Source of the DNA: Candidatus Multivorans sp.
GTDB lineage: Bacteria > Acidobacteriota > Thermoanaerobaculia > Multivoradales > Multivoraceae
Assembly: GCA_965224025.1 (NCBI GenBank)
Contig: OZ245033.1
Location: 4,128,001 to 4,192,000 of the forward strand
Length of the DNA: 64,000 nt
Direction: 5' to 3'
The notes beneath the pieces are model-generated. The model had not been told where the DNA came from. It made no database searches and was given only the letters and a program-made list of their open reading frames with translations. Both the position numbers and the translations under genes were made by a program. This document shows positions 52,838-62,068 of the stretch, in pieces (the stretch's first letter is position 1; every line of letters starts with the position of its first letter).

Positions 52838-53563
52838 ATGGCCTTCGAACTCGAGAGACGCAAGACCTCCGGGTCCAAGTCCGCGACCTCATCCCTGCGC
52901 TTCGGAGGCGGGCCCTACGAACTGGAGCCGCAAAGCAGGACCCCGCTCCGAGTGGGCATCATCGTCACGATCGCTTTCCATGTCCTGCTGTTCCTGGTCA
53001 CCTTCCCCAAAGCGAAGCCCCGCGCTCTCCAGGCGGCGCAGGCGCCGAAGACCTTCATGGTCACGACGGTCCGTTTCAAGCCGCCGCCACCGGCGAGGGC
53101 GAAGCCCATCCCGAAACCCAAGACGCGGAAGATCCCGATCCCTGATCCGACCCCCAACGATCCCGAGCCGCTGATCGAAGAGGAGGTGTTCGAGGCGCCG
53201 GAGGTCGACTTCGACGGCATCAGCGACGTGCTGTTCGACATTCCCCCAGCCCCCTCGCCCGCCGGTCCGCCCGGAACCATCTGGGTCGAAGGCGATGTCC
53301 TGCCGCCGAAGAGAACCTACGGCCCCCGGCCCAACTACACCGAGGAAGCCCGCCGGGCACGGGTCCAGGGCGTCGTCATTCTCCAGGCCGTGGTCGACAG
53401 CGTGGGCAACGTGGGCTACGTCAAGGTCCTCAAGGGCCTGCCCGAAGGCCTCACCGAGTCCGCCGTCCAAGTCGTCGAGCAGTGGCGCTACGAGCCCGCG
53501 ACGTTGAACGGCGAGCCGGTCCCGGTCTACATCAACCTGACCGTCAACTTCTCGCTGCAGTAG
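52838..53563 (+). CDS. tonB: TonB-family energy transducer
   Basis: TM with His, Pro-rich linker, PNYTEEARRARVQGVV...WRYEPA TonB_C domain. Confidence 0.85.
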   Translation: MAFELERRKTSGSKSATSSLRFGGGPYELEPQSRTPLRVGIIVTIAFHVLLFLVTFPKAKPRALQAAQAPKTFMVTTVRFKPPPPARAKPIPKPKTRKIPIPDPTPNDPEPLIEEEVFEAPEVDFDGISDVLFDIPPAPSPAGPPGTIWVEGDVLPPKRTYGPRPNYTEEARRARVQGVVILQAVVDSVGNVGYVKVLKGLPEGLTESAVQVVEQWRYEPATLNGEPVPVYINLTVNFSLQ

Positions 53564-53586
53564 CCGGCGTCGGATCCGGCGGCGCT

Positions 53587-53685
53587 CTCCTTGTCTTGCA
53601 CCTATGCACGACAAACCGGTTTGTGCAACACTTTGGCCTCAAGTTCGTGACACAAACCAGTTTGTCGTACACAGGTGTCACACAA
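53587..53685 (+). repeat. Left arm of ~99-bp inverted repeat (array of TTGTnnnACAA-like palindromes)
   Basis: About 70% ungapped identity (hand count) to the reverse complement of 54842-54940. Confidence 0.8.
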
Positions 53686-53713
53686 CGAGCGATCGACTCC
53701 TCCAACGCCCCGT

Positions 53714-54829
53714 ATGCCCGCCGTCCACTACCAGCCTGGGAGCTTCCCGCCCGACGACCGACTCGACTGGGCCGACCTTGTGCCCGCGATCGGCCCGGCA
53801 ACGGCCGCCGTCGCTCGCTACGACGGCCTGCTTGAAGCCGTACCGAACCCGGACGTCCTGCTGGCGCCGCTCGGCGCCCAGGAAGCCGTGCTTTCCTCCC
53901 GCATCGAGGGCACGCAGGCGACGACGCGAGAAGTCCTCGAGTACCAGGCAGGCCAGGAGGCGCCGTCCCCGGAACGCCGCGACGACTTCGTCGAGGTGAT
54001 GAACTACCGTCGCGCCATGCGCGAGGCGCAGGCCCTGTTGAAAGACCTGCCCATCTGCCTGAAGGTCGTCCGTCGGGCGCACCGGATCCTCCTCCACGGC
54101 GCCCGGGGCCGGGGCCGGGCCCCGGGCGAGTTTCGCCGCATCCCGAACTGGATCGGCCCGCCCGGCTGCACGATCGACGAGGCCAGCTACGTCCCCATCG
54201 ACGCCGACAAGCTGGCCGACGGATTGAACCGATGGGAGAGATACCTGCACGAAGAGACCCGAGACCCGCTGGTGCAACTCGCGGCAATACACGCAGAGTT
54301 CGAGGCCCTCCACCCGTTTCTAGACGGCAATGGACGCCTGGGGCGCATGCTCGTGCCCCTCTACCTCTCGGAGAAGGGTCTCATCAAGCGGCCCATGTTC
54401 TACATCAGCGCCTTCCTCGAGGCGAACAGAGACGTCTACTACGAACGGCTCCTCGCCGTGTCCCGCGACGACGACTGGACCGGCTGGTGCCGGTTCTTCC
54501 TGGAGGCCGTGCGCGCCCAGGCCGAAGACAACATCGCCAAGGCAAGGCAGATTCTGAGTCTCCATGACCGGATGAAACGCCACGTCGCCGATCTCACCCA
54601 CTCGCAGTACGCCATCGCGGCACTGGACTTCATCTTCGAACTCCCTGTATTCCGCAGCACGGACTTCATCGCTCAGGACAACGTGCCCGCACCCGCGGCC
54701 CGCCGTATCCTGAACGTCCTCCGGGACGATGGCGTGTTGCGGACGGTGCGGCCGGCGAGGGGACGTCGCGCCGCCATCTTCGTGTTCGACGAGCTCCTCG
54801 ACATCGCCGAAGGGAGCGCGACCGAGTGA
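53714..54829 (+). CDS. Class II Fic (AMPylase) protein with C-terminal wHTH
   Basis: HPFLDGNGRLGR Fic motif, SSRIEG auto-inhibitory motif, C-terminal HTH-like segment. Confidence 0.93.
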   Translation: MPAVHYQPGSFPPDDRLDWADLVPAIGPATAAVARYDGLLEAVPNPDVLLAPLGAQEAVLSSRIEGTQATTREVLEYQAGQEAPSPERRDDFVEVMNYRRAMREAQALLKDLPICLKVVRRAHRILLHGARGRGRAPGEFRRIPNWIGPPGCTIDEASYVPIDADKLADGLNRWERYLHEETRDPLVQLAAIHAEFEALHPFLDGNGRLGRMLVPLYLSEKGLIKRPMFYISAFLEANRDVYYERLLAVSRDDDWTGWCRFFLEAVRAQAEDNIAKARQILSLHDRMKRHVADLTHSQYAIAALDFIFELPVFRSTDFIAQDNVPAPAARRILNVLRDDGVLRTVRPARGRRAAIFVFDELLDIAEGSATE

Positions 54830-54841
54830 CGATGACGCCGC

Positions 54842-54940
54842 TTGTCGCGCACAAGTGTTCGTCAAACTCCGTTGTGTGACGATTTGAGACCCGAAGTGCC
54901 CCACAAACCGGTTTGCCGCACAAAGGTGCGACACAAAGAG
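54842..54940 (-). repeat. Right arm of ~99-bp inverted repeat
   Basis: Shares CAAACCGGTTTGTG and the other palindromic units with the left arm. Confidence 0.8.
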
Positions 54941-55005
54941 CCGCAACCGCTGGCCGCGGCTGACCCCTGCGCCGTGCTGGCCGACCTGATGCCGCCCCCC
55001 TGCCG

Positions 55006-57864
55006 ATGAGACTCTCGTGGAACGAGATCCGCCCCCGAGCCGCGTCGTTCGCCCGCGAATGGGCCGATGCCGGCTACGAGAAGGGCGAGACGCAGAGCTT
55101 CTACAACGACTTCTTCGAGATCTTCGGCTTCAAGCGGCGCAGCGTCGCCCGCTACGAGGAACACGTCAAGCGGCTCGACAACTCCCAGGGGTTCATCGAC
55201 CTCTTCTGGCCCGGCTGGTTGCTCGTCGAGCAGAAGAGCGCTGGCCGGGACCTGACCGAGGCGCGCCGCCAAGCGCTCTCCTACTTCGACGCACTCCCCA
55301 AACACAACCAGCCTCGCTACCTGTTGCTCTGCGACTTCCAGAACTTCGAGTTGCTCGACCTCGACGAAGGCGAGGAAAGCCGCTTCGCCCTCGCCGACTT
55401 GCCCGAGCACATAGAGAAGTTCGGTTTCATTCTGGGCGTCCAGCGCCGCACATTCCGCGACCAGGACCCGGTCAATGTAGAAGCCTCCGAGCTCATGGCC
55501 CAACTCCATGACCGCCTCCAGGAAACCGGCTACGGCGGTCACGATCTGGAGCTGTTCCTGGTACGGATGGTCTTCTGCCTGTTCGCCGACGACACCGGCA
55601 TCTTCGAGCCCCGAGACCAACTCCTGGAACTCCTTGAACAGCGGACTGCCGAAGACGGCAGTGACCTGGGCGGCTGGCTGGCCCGCCTCTTCCAGGTCCT
55701 GAACACTCCGGAAGACAATCGCCAAGCCACTCTGGACGAGGACCTGGCCCGTTTCCCGTACGTCAACGGCGAACTGTTCTCCGAGACGCTGTCGATCCCG
55801 GAGTTCGACGCCGGGATGCGCAAGGCCTTGCTCGACGCTTGCCGTTTCGACTGGGCCGCGATCTCGCCAGCCATCTTCGGAACGTTGTTCCAGTCGGTGA
55901 TGGAACCCGAAGAGCAGCGGATCAAGGGTAGCCACTACACCTCAGAGATGAATGTCCTCAAGGTCATCGAGCCGTTGTTCCTCGACGATCTGCGCGCCGA
56001 GTTGGAGAGGCTCAAGCGAAGTCGCGGTACGCGCCGCATCCCCAACCTCCATGCCTTCCGGCAGCGCCTGGGGAGTATGCGCTTCCTCGATCCTGCCTGC
56101 GGCTGCGGCAACTTCCTCGTTATCGCCTACCGTGAACTGCGCCAGCTCGAGATCGATGTGTTGAGGGAGCTCTACCCGGCGGGCCAGCTCGGCCTGCTCG
56201 CCGACGTGCTCTCCCTGGTCGACGTGGATCAGTTCTACGGCATCGACCTCGACGAGTTCCCCGCGCGAATCACGGAGGTCGCGCTGTGGATGATGGACCA
56301 CATCATGAACAACCGGCTCAGCCTGGAGTTCGGCGAGGCTTTCGCCCGCATCCCCATCAAGCGGTCGCCGCGGATCGTCTGCGCCGACGCCTTGAAGATC
56401 GACTGGACCGAAGTGCTGCCGCCGCAGGAGTGCGACTTCGTACTCGGCAATCCGCCATTCGGGGGCGCGAAGTACCAGTCGGATGAACAGCGAGAGCAGG
56501 TGCGCCGGATCGCCGGCCTAGGCAAAGGTGGCGGCACACTCGACTACGTCACCGCCTGGTTCCTGTGCGCCGGCAAGTACCTCCGCAAGGGTCTCCGCAC
56601 GTCAGAGAACGCATCAAACCAGGGAGCCGGAGCGTCAGCCCCCAAACCGATGAGAATCGGCTTCGTCGCCACGAACTCGATCACCCAAGGCGAGCAGGTG
56701 GCGCAGTTGTGGCCGCTGATCTTCGATCGATTGGGCCTGGAGATCGTATTCGCCCATCGGACGTTCTCCTGGCAGTCCGACATCCGCGGCATGGCGCACG
56801 TCCATGTCGTGATCATCGGCCTGACCCTGGCCACCGACGCGCCCGCCGACCGGAGGCTGTTCTCCTACACCGACCTCAAGGGCGATGCAGAGGAGAGCGT
56901 TCACGCTGCGATCTCGCCGTACCTGTTCGATGCCGGGGGCCTTGCCAACCCGCATGTCGTGGTGCGGGAGACCGCGCGGCCGCTCAACGGCTGGCCAAGG
57001 ATGATCATCGGCTCGAAACCCATAGACGGCGGCCACTACATCTTCAAGGCCGAAGAACGCGACGCTTTCCTGGAGCTGGAGTCCGACGCCAAGCCCTTCC
57101 TGCGCCCCTACATCGGCTCGCGGGAGTATCTGCAAGGCGGCGGCCGCTTCATCCTGGCTCTGCACGACGCTCCACCCGACGTTCTCAGCCGTCTGCCGCT
57201 GGTTCGCGAGCGCATCGCCGCCGTCCGAGCCTACCGCGCAGCAAGCAAGAGCAAGCCGACGCAGGCCCTTGCGCTGACGCCCAAGCTATACCACGTGAAC
57301 GTACTCCCCACCGAACCCTTCCTCGTCATCCCCGAAGTCAGTTCTGAACGCCGCGAGTACGTCCCCATCGGTTGGCTCGAACCGCCCACAATCCCCAGCA
57401 ATCTGGTCCGCATCGTCGAAGACGCCACCAAACCGCTCTTCGCCATCCTGACCTCCGCCATGCACATGGCCTGGCTCCGCCAGATCGGCGGCCGCCTCAA
57501 GAGCGACTACCGCTACTCGATCGGCCTCGTCTACAACACCTTCCCGCCGCCTCCGGCCGAACCGGAGGCGCTCGAACGCCTCGCGCCCCTCGCCGACGCC
57601 GTCCTCAAAGGCCGCGCCAACCACACCGGCGCCACCCTTGCCCAGCTATACGACCCCGACCTCATGCCCACAGATCTACGCCGTGCCCACAGGGCGATCG
57701 ACCGCGCCGTCGACCGCCTCTACCGCCCGCGCCGGTTCGAGACCGAGAGCGAACGCCTGGCCCACCTCCTGGCCGCCTACGAACGGCTGCAGGCACCGAT
57801 CGCCGCACAGGCCGCCGGCAAACCGAGGCGACATCGGCGAAGGAGACGGCGCGCCAAACGGTAG
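55006..57864 (+). CDS. MmeI-like Type IIL restriction-modification enzyme (nuclease, m6A MTase, TRD)
   Basis: E...FIDLFW...VEQKS PD-(D/E)xK, DPACGCGNFL, GNPPF, SSERREY, RLKSDYRYS...YNTF. Confidence 0.92.
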   Translation: MRLSWNEIRPRAASFAREWADAGYEKGETQSFYNDFFEIFGFKRRSVARYEEHVKRLDNSQGFIDLFWPGWLLVEQKSAGRDLTEARRQALSYFDALPKHNQPRYLLLCDFQNFELLDLDEGEESRFALADLPEHIEKFGFILGVQRRTFRDQDPVNVEASELMAQLHDRLQETGYGGHDLELFLVRMVFCLFADDTGIFEPRDQLLELLEQRTAEDGSDLGGWLARLFQVLNTPEDNRQATLDEDLARFPYVNGELFSETLSIPEFDAGMRKALLDACRFDWAAISPAIFGTLFQSVMEPEEQRIKGSHYTSEMNVLKVIEPLFLDDLRAELERLKRSRGTRRIPNLHAFRQRLGSMRFLDPACGCGNFLVIAYRELRQLEIDVLRELYPAGQLGLLADVLSLVDVDQFYGIDLDEFPARITEVALWMMDHIMNNRLSLEFGEAFARIPIKRSPRIVCADALKIDWTEVLPPQECDFVLGNPPFGGAKYQSDEQREQVRRIAGLGKGGGTLDYVTAWFLCAGKYLRKGLRTSENASNQGAGASAPKPMRIGFVATNSITQGEQVAQLWPLIFDRLGLEIVFAHRTFSWQSDIRGMAHVHVVIIGLTLATDAPADRRLFSYTDLKGDAEESVHAAISPYLFDAGGLANPHVVVRETARPLNGWPRMIIGSKPIDGGHYIFKAEERDAFLELESDAKPFLRPYIGSREYLQGGGRFILALHDAPPDVLSRLPLVRERIAAVRAYRAASKSKPTQALALTPKLYHVNVLPTEPFLVIPEVSSERREYVPIGWLEPPTIPSNLVRIVEDATKPLFAILTSAMHMAWLRQIGGRLKSDYRYSIGLVYNTFPPPPAEPEALERLAPLADAVLKGRANHTGATLAQLYDPDLMPTDLRRAHRAIDRAVDRLYRPRRFETESERLAHLLAAYERLQAPIAAQAAGKPRRHRRRRRRAKR

Positions 57865-57893
57865 CGAGCGGAATCGACGCGCGAACTCGCGGC

Positions 57894-58406
57894 CTAACTT
57901 CGGTGGTCCCTGACCTGTGGCGGCGCAGAAGGCCGACCACCTCCGGTTCCCTTCCGTCGTTGCTCACTCCACTGGCCCCAGATGAACAGACCGACCAAGC
58001 CGACGAAGGGGCCGAACGCAGCCGCAGCGCCCCAGAGCGACTTGTCGTTCGCCAACAGATAGCCGCCCAGACCGAGTCCGGCCAACGCCACGACGAAGGC
58101 GAAGATCTGCCCTCGTCTTCCCATGGATACCTCGTATGCATGTGCCGCCTTCTGCATCGTATGGCCATGTTCTTGCTGCTTCTCGGCCATGACGATGATC
58201 CGTTCGGCAGCACCAGACGTCACTTCTTCGTATCCGGCGAGCGTCCATGGCGCTGGCAGCGGTCCGCTGTGCTCCTGGACAAGCAGCGTCTCCTGCTTGA
58301 CCAACCTGTCGTCTCCAGGGCGCGAGTTCGGAGGTTCGACGTCAGACGGCCGGCGACGGCGAAGCGGATCTGACCTTTTCGGAGGCCGCCTCTTCTTCCG
58401 GCTCAC
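57894..58406 (-). CDS. DUF2335-type two-TM membrane protein
   Basis: HSGPLPAP..L..YE....GAAERII.MAEKQQ.H followed by two TMs. Confidence 0.8.
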   Translation of the reverse strand: MSRKKRRPPKRSDPLRRRRPSDVEPPNSRPGDDRLVKQETLLVQEHSGPLPAPWTLAGYEEVTSGAAERIIVMAEKQQEHGHTMQKAAHAYEVSMGRRGQIFAFVVALAGLGLGGYLLANDKSLWGAAAAFGPFVGLVGLFIWGQWSEQRRKGTGGGRPSAPPQVRDHRS

Positions 58407-59032
58407 GAAGCCCCGTCACCACGGTCGGCGCGGGCCATCGCGTCGCGGAGATAACCCCCCACTGCGGCCCAGTGCCCCTCCAACGCGGCAGCGCCTGCTT
58501 GCCCATCACGTCCACGCCGACTGAAGGCCCCGCTCCAGTCCAGCGAACGGGCCATACCCCGCAGGAAGGGGTGCATCGAGTAGTGCGAGCGCGGCGAAGC
58601 GACGGCTTGGGGCAGGACGGACCTCACTGCCATGTCGGGCGCGTACTCGTAGATCGAGGCAATCAATTCCCGAAAATCGAGGGAGAAAAGCCAATCGGAA
58701 GCCGCAGCCATGTAGCGGCTTGCGTGTTCCGACAGAGATGCCGCCGCCCGCTTTCCCCGCTCCAAGCCCTCCTCCGTCAGACCGTAGAGCCGGTATCGCC
58801 GCGACTCGTCGACGACGGCAAGACCCTCTCCCACCAACTCGTCGAGTTGGACGTAAACGGCCCGGTCAAAGGGCCCGTAGTGGTACGGCCGAAAGTCGAA
58901 GTGCGGACAACCGCATTCACCCTCGAGCTCCCGATCGAGCAGGAAGAAGTACTTCTGCAGGCGCACCGGGTCGAAGCGCGCGTCCGCTCCCGCGGCGGCC
59001 ATTGCGGCCAAGACGAAGGTGGGTCGGTCCAT
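58403..59032 (-). CDS. YwgA/SocA-like winged-helix protein with extra C-terminal domain
   Basis: RLQKYFFLL...FRPYHYGPF...YGLTEEG; 4-bp overlap with the DUF2335 gene. Confidence 0.65.
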   Translation of the reverse strand: MDRPTFVLAAMAAAGADARFDPVRLQKYFFLLDRELEGECGCPHFDFRPYHYGPFDRAVYVQLDELVGEGLAVVDESRRYRLYGLTEEGLERGKRAAASLSEHASRYMAAASDWLFSLDFRELIASIYEYAPDMAVRSVLPQAVASPRSHYSMHPFLRGMARSLDWSGAFSRRGRDGQAGAAALEGHWAAVGGYLRDAMARADRGDGAS

Positions 59033-59150
59033 CACAGAGCGAATAGTGACACGCGAAGCGCCGTATGTCACACCCCGTCTCATCGCGGCAAGCTGGCCTG
59101 TTCGGCTCCAGATCCCGGAGACGCGAGGGTCACTTGGTCGTTGGGACCGC

Positions 59151-60236
59151 CTACTCCCGGCCCGACCCGGACCCGGTACTCGCCCCCTGGGCCTTCTTCT
59201 CGTAGTAGTCCGTCTCCAGCAGCCGGGCGCCGCGCAGGATGTTGCCCATCGCGTAGTTGCCCTCGTGGCAGGCGTACTCGTAGAGGAGGTCGTCGGTCGC
59301 CGGCCAGATGAACTCGCCGCTGTAGGGCGCGGCGTAGTCCGTGTCGTGGACGGTGAACCCGTAGAGGAGGTCCTTCGGGCCGTGACGGCTGAAGCGCTCG
59401 ACGACCTTCAGGCCGTCGCGGGGATCGCTCTGGCTGTCCAGGAAGTTCGTCGTCTCGACGACCAGGGCGTCGCCTTCCCACCAGCCGATCGAGTCGCCGC
59501 CCAGGGAGCGGTACTCGGGCGGCGCGTGCTCCGCGTTCAGCCACACGACCTTGGCCCAGTGCATCCACTCGACCAGGATGACGACCTGGTTCTCGGTCTG
59601 GGTGATCGTCTTCAGGTTGTTGTAGGGAAGGGAACGAACCGGCGTGGTGGCGACGCTCGTGTAGATGCAGCGGTCTCCGGGCGTCAGCGACTCGGGGCCG
59701 TCGTAAGGGTCGTCGCCGGCCTCGATCCACCAGGCGTCGCCGGTGTTGCGGTACAGGTACGGGTTGACCCTGGCTCTCCGCGCCTTGCCGGCCTCGGTCA
59801 GCTCCGGCATGCGGCCGTTGGGCGGGTCGGTGAGCACGGAGGTCCGGTACTGGCCGTCGATCGGGTAGGCCCTGCTGCCGAAGTCGAGCCAGAAGAAGTT
59901 GTAGCCACCGACCGCGCCGGCCGCGCCCGCGGAGCCGTCGCCGCCGGGCGGGGGCGCCTCGCGATCGGGGTCGCTCACCGCGCCGGCGCCCACGCTCGCC
60001 GCCGCCATCATCTTGGCGATGTTCTCCGCCTCCTCGACGGTCATATGCAGCTTGTCCCCGAAGCGGGAATCCCGCTCGAAGGGCGTCAGGTTGCCGACGT
60101 CGTAGTTGCCGGAGAGGTCGGGACGGCCGCTTGCCGTACGCGGAATGTCGTCGTCACCGGCGGCGGCCAGGGGCGCTGCCAGAAGCGACGCCAGGACGAG
60201 AGCGATGAACGCGGAGTTCGTGCTGCGGATGGACAT
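59151..60236 (-). CDS. Conserved secreted hypothetical protein
   Basis: Signal peptide, PRTASGRPDLSG, GDSIGWWEGDALVVETTNF, YEYACHEGN; GAGG SD. Confidence 0.8.
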   Translation of the reverse strand: MSIRSTNSAFIALVLASLLAAPLAAAGDDDIPRTASGRPDLSGNYDVGNLTPFERDSRFGDKLHMTVEEAENIAKMMAAASVGAGAVSDPDREAPPPGGDGSAGAAGAVGGYNFFWLDFGSRAYPIDGQYRTSVLTDPPNGRMPELTEAGKARRARVNPYLYRNTGDAWWIEAGDDPYDGPESLTPGDRCIYTSVATTPVRSLPYNNLKTITQTENQVVILVEWMHWAKVVWLNAEHAPPEYRSLGGDSIGWWEGDALVVETTNFLDSQSDPRDGLKVVERFSRHGPKDLLYGFTVHDTDYAAPYSGEFIWPATDDLLYEYACHEGNYAMGNILRGARLLETDYYEKKAQGASTGSGSGRE

Positions 60237-60361
60237 GTCGACTCTCCTCGCAGAGGGTTCGCGTGTGTCGATTCTGTGGCGCTGAACGGGTACGAGAGTA
60301 CCGCATTGCCCGTGGCGCCTGCACGTTCCCGGCCGTGCGGTCTGCGCTCCCCTGAGGCGCT

Positions 60362-61732
60362 TCAGCGTGGCGGCAACCAACCGCGCGGAGGCCGGAAGTA
60401 GACCTTCAGGTTGGCTTCCCGCCGGCGCTCGGGAGACAGGTTCTCGAACACGCCGTAGACGAACGTGCCGTGCTCGTGCCGGTGGATGACGGGATTGCCC
60501 CGCCAGCGGGCGTCGCCGATGTCGCACGGCTGCTCCGGGAGGCAACCGCCCCGCGCGCTCGGATCGGCAGCCTCGTACTGGAAACCGACGAACCTCACGT
60601 CCCTCGGCAGCAGGATGCCGGCGACCTGACAGGAACGCTCCGGGTCGAGCACGGGGATCAGCAGCTCCTGGACATCGGCCCGGGTCGCCGGCGGCAACAG
60701 CCGCAACACGTCGTTGCCTTCGGGCGACGCTAGGGCGCCGGTGTAGGCGCGGAACTCTTCCGGCAACGACCGCTCAATGATCGCCGCCACCTGCTCCAAA
60801 CGCCCGGCGAGATCGGCCGCGCACGCCGTTGTCTCCCCGGTTCGGGCTTCCGCCGGCCAGTGGCTCGATACGGACCATTCACCGGGCGCGCATTCGGGGC
60901 AGGCGCCCGCGCGCAGCAGGGTGGGGTTCGCCAGCAGGCGGACCGCAACCGGTGCGGGTTCAGGCGCGGGTTCAGGCTCCGGTTCAGGCGCGGGCTGTTC
61001 CACCGCCGCGACCGGCTCGGGTTCGGGCACGGGCTGCTCCACGACTTCCGCCGGCTCAGGCGCGGGTGTCTCCACTACGGACGGCGGCTCTTCCGGCTGC
61101 GCCACCGCGACGACGGGTTCCGACGGGGCAGGCTCTTCCGCAGGCTCCTCCGCGGGCTCCTCCGCAGGCGACGCCGGTGGATCGGCCGGCGGCGTGTCAG
61201 TCGCCGGTGGCTCGACGACCCGGGCCGCATTCTCACGCCGAAGCCGACGCTCGCGCTGTTCGGCGCGCCGCTCCGCGCGGCGCTGCGCCCTGTTCATCGA
61301 CCTAGCCGAACCGGCGCTCGCCGCCTGAGTGGCCGCGCCAAGGCTCGAGTAGCTCACCTTCATGGGCGCCCAGAAAGGACCCGTCCGTTGACTCGAAGTG
61401 AACCCCACCTGGGGCCGCTTCCCATCCTCCAGCCTCAGGTAGGAGTTCACGATCATGAACCCTTGGCGCATGAGTTCGACTTCCCACTCGCCGGCCGCCA
61501 GGCCGGTCACTTCGACTACGCCCACGTCGTTCGTGAGCAGCGGCGGCGGGCCGCCGGAGCGGTCGGCCTCCGCGAGCTGGACGATGACCCTGACCTCCGG
61601 CACCGGCTGCCCGGCGTCGTCGGCCACGGTGACGCGGAATGCGTGGTCGCCGCTCCAGTCCTGGGCCGCCGCGACCACCGGCAGGGCCGCAAGCAGCGCC
61701 GCCAGAGTCAACGGGCGCCGGCGGACGCTCAT
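60362..61732 (-). CDS. Secreted protein: CarboxypepD_reg-like domain, PE-rich linker, Cys-containing C-domain
   Basis: Signal peptide, DDAGQPVPEV, EPAEEP/PEPEP linker. Confidence 0.7.
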   Translation of the reverse strand: MSVRRRPLTLAALLAALPVVAAAQDWSGDHAFRVTVADDAGQPVPEVRVIVQLAEADRSGGPPPLLTNDVGVVEVTGLAAGEWEVELMRQGFMIVNSYLRLEDGKRPQVGFTSSQRTGPFWAPMKVSYSSLGAATQAASAGSARSMNRAQRRAERRAEQRERRLRRENAARVVEPPATDTPPADPPASPAEEPAEEPAEEPAPSEPVVAVAQPEEPPSVVETPAPEPAEVVEQPVPEPEPVAAVEQPAPEPEPEPAPEPAPVAVRLLANPTLLRAGACPECAPGEWSVSSHWPAEARTGETTACAADLAGRLEQVAAIIERSLPEEFRAYTGALASPEGNDVLRLLPPATRADVQELLIPVLDPERSCQVAGILLPRDVRFVGFQYEAADPSARGGCLPEQPCDIGDARWRGNPVIHRHEHGTFVYGVFENLSPERRREANLKVYFRPPRGWLPPR

Positions 61733-61986
61733 CCACGCGCCCCCGGCGGTGTCACGTTCTTCTCCGGAGGCTTGTCGGGCGGTGAGCGCCGGTCCCGCCA
61801 CATGCCCGTCATCAGGGTGAGCAGGCCCAGCACCGCCTCGTCGACGAAGGGCAGGAGATCGGGAACGAAGAGATCGACGAGGAAGATGATCGCCAGCACG
61901 ACGAAGAGCTGCGGGAAGCGCAACCCGCCCAGGAAGGAGAGCAGGGACGCGCCGCCGCCGCGCTGTGCCGGAGGCTGATCGGGCAT
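61729..61986 (-). CDS. Small membrane protein (DUF6116-like)
   Basis: LRFPQLF...DLFVPDLLPFVDE; 4-bp overlap with the downstream gene. Confidence 0.7.
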   Translation of the reverse strand: MPDQPPAQRGGGASLLSFLGGLRFPQLFVVLAIIFLVDLFVPDLLPFVDEAVLGLLTLMTGMWRDRRSPPDKPPEKNVTPPGARG

Positions 61987-62068
61987 CAACACGCATTCTA
62001 TCGCCGGAGTGCAGCGGCCCGGGAACCGCAAGCTGGAAACACAGGACGCCGCGCTAGGCTGCGCGGCG

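Noticed and set aside
53592-54935. Tn7/CAST-like TGT...ACA ends around Fic
   Set aside because: No 5-bp TSD, the inverted similarity extends beyond the TGT, and no tns genes are present, so it was not called as Tn7
60950-61170. Repetitive DNA in the PEPEP/EPAEEP region (also about 11500-11670)
   Set aside because: Explained by Pro/Glu/Ala-rich protein linkers
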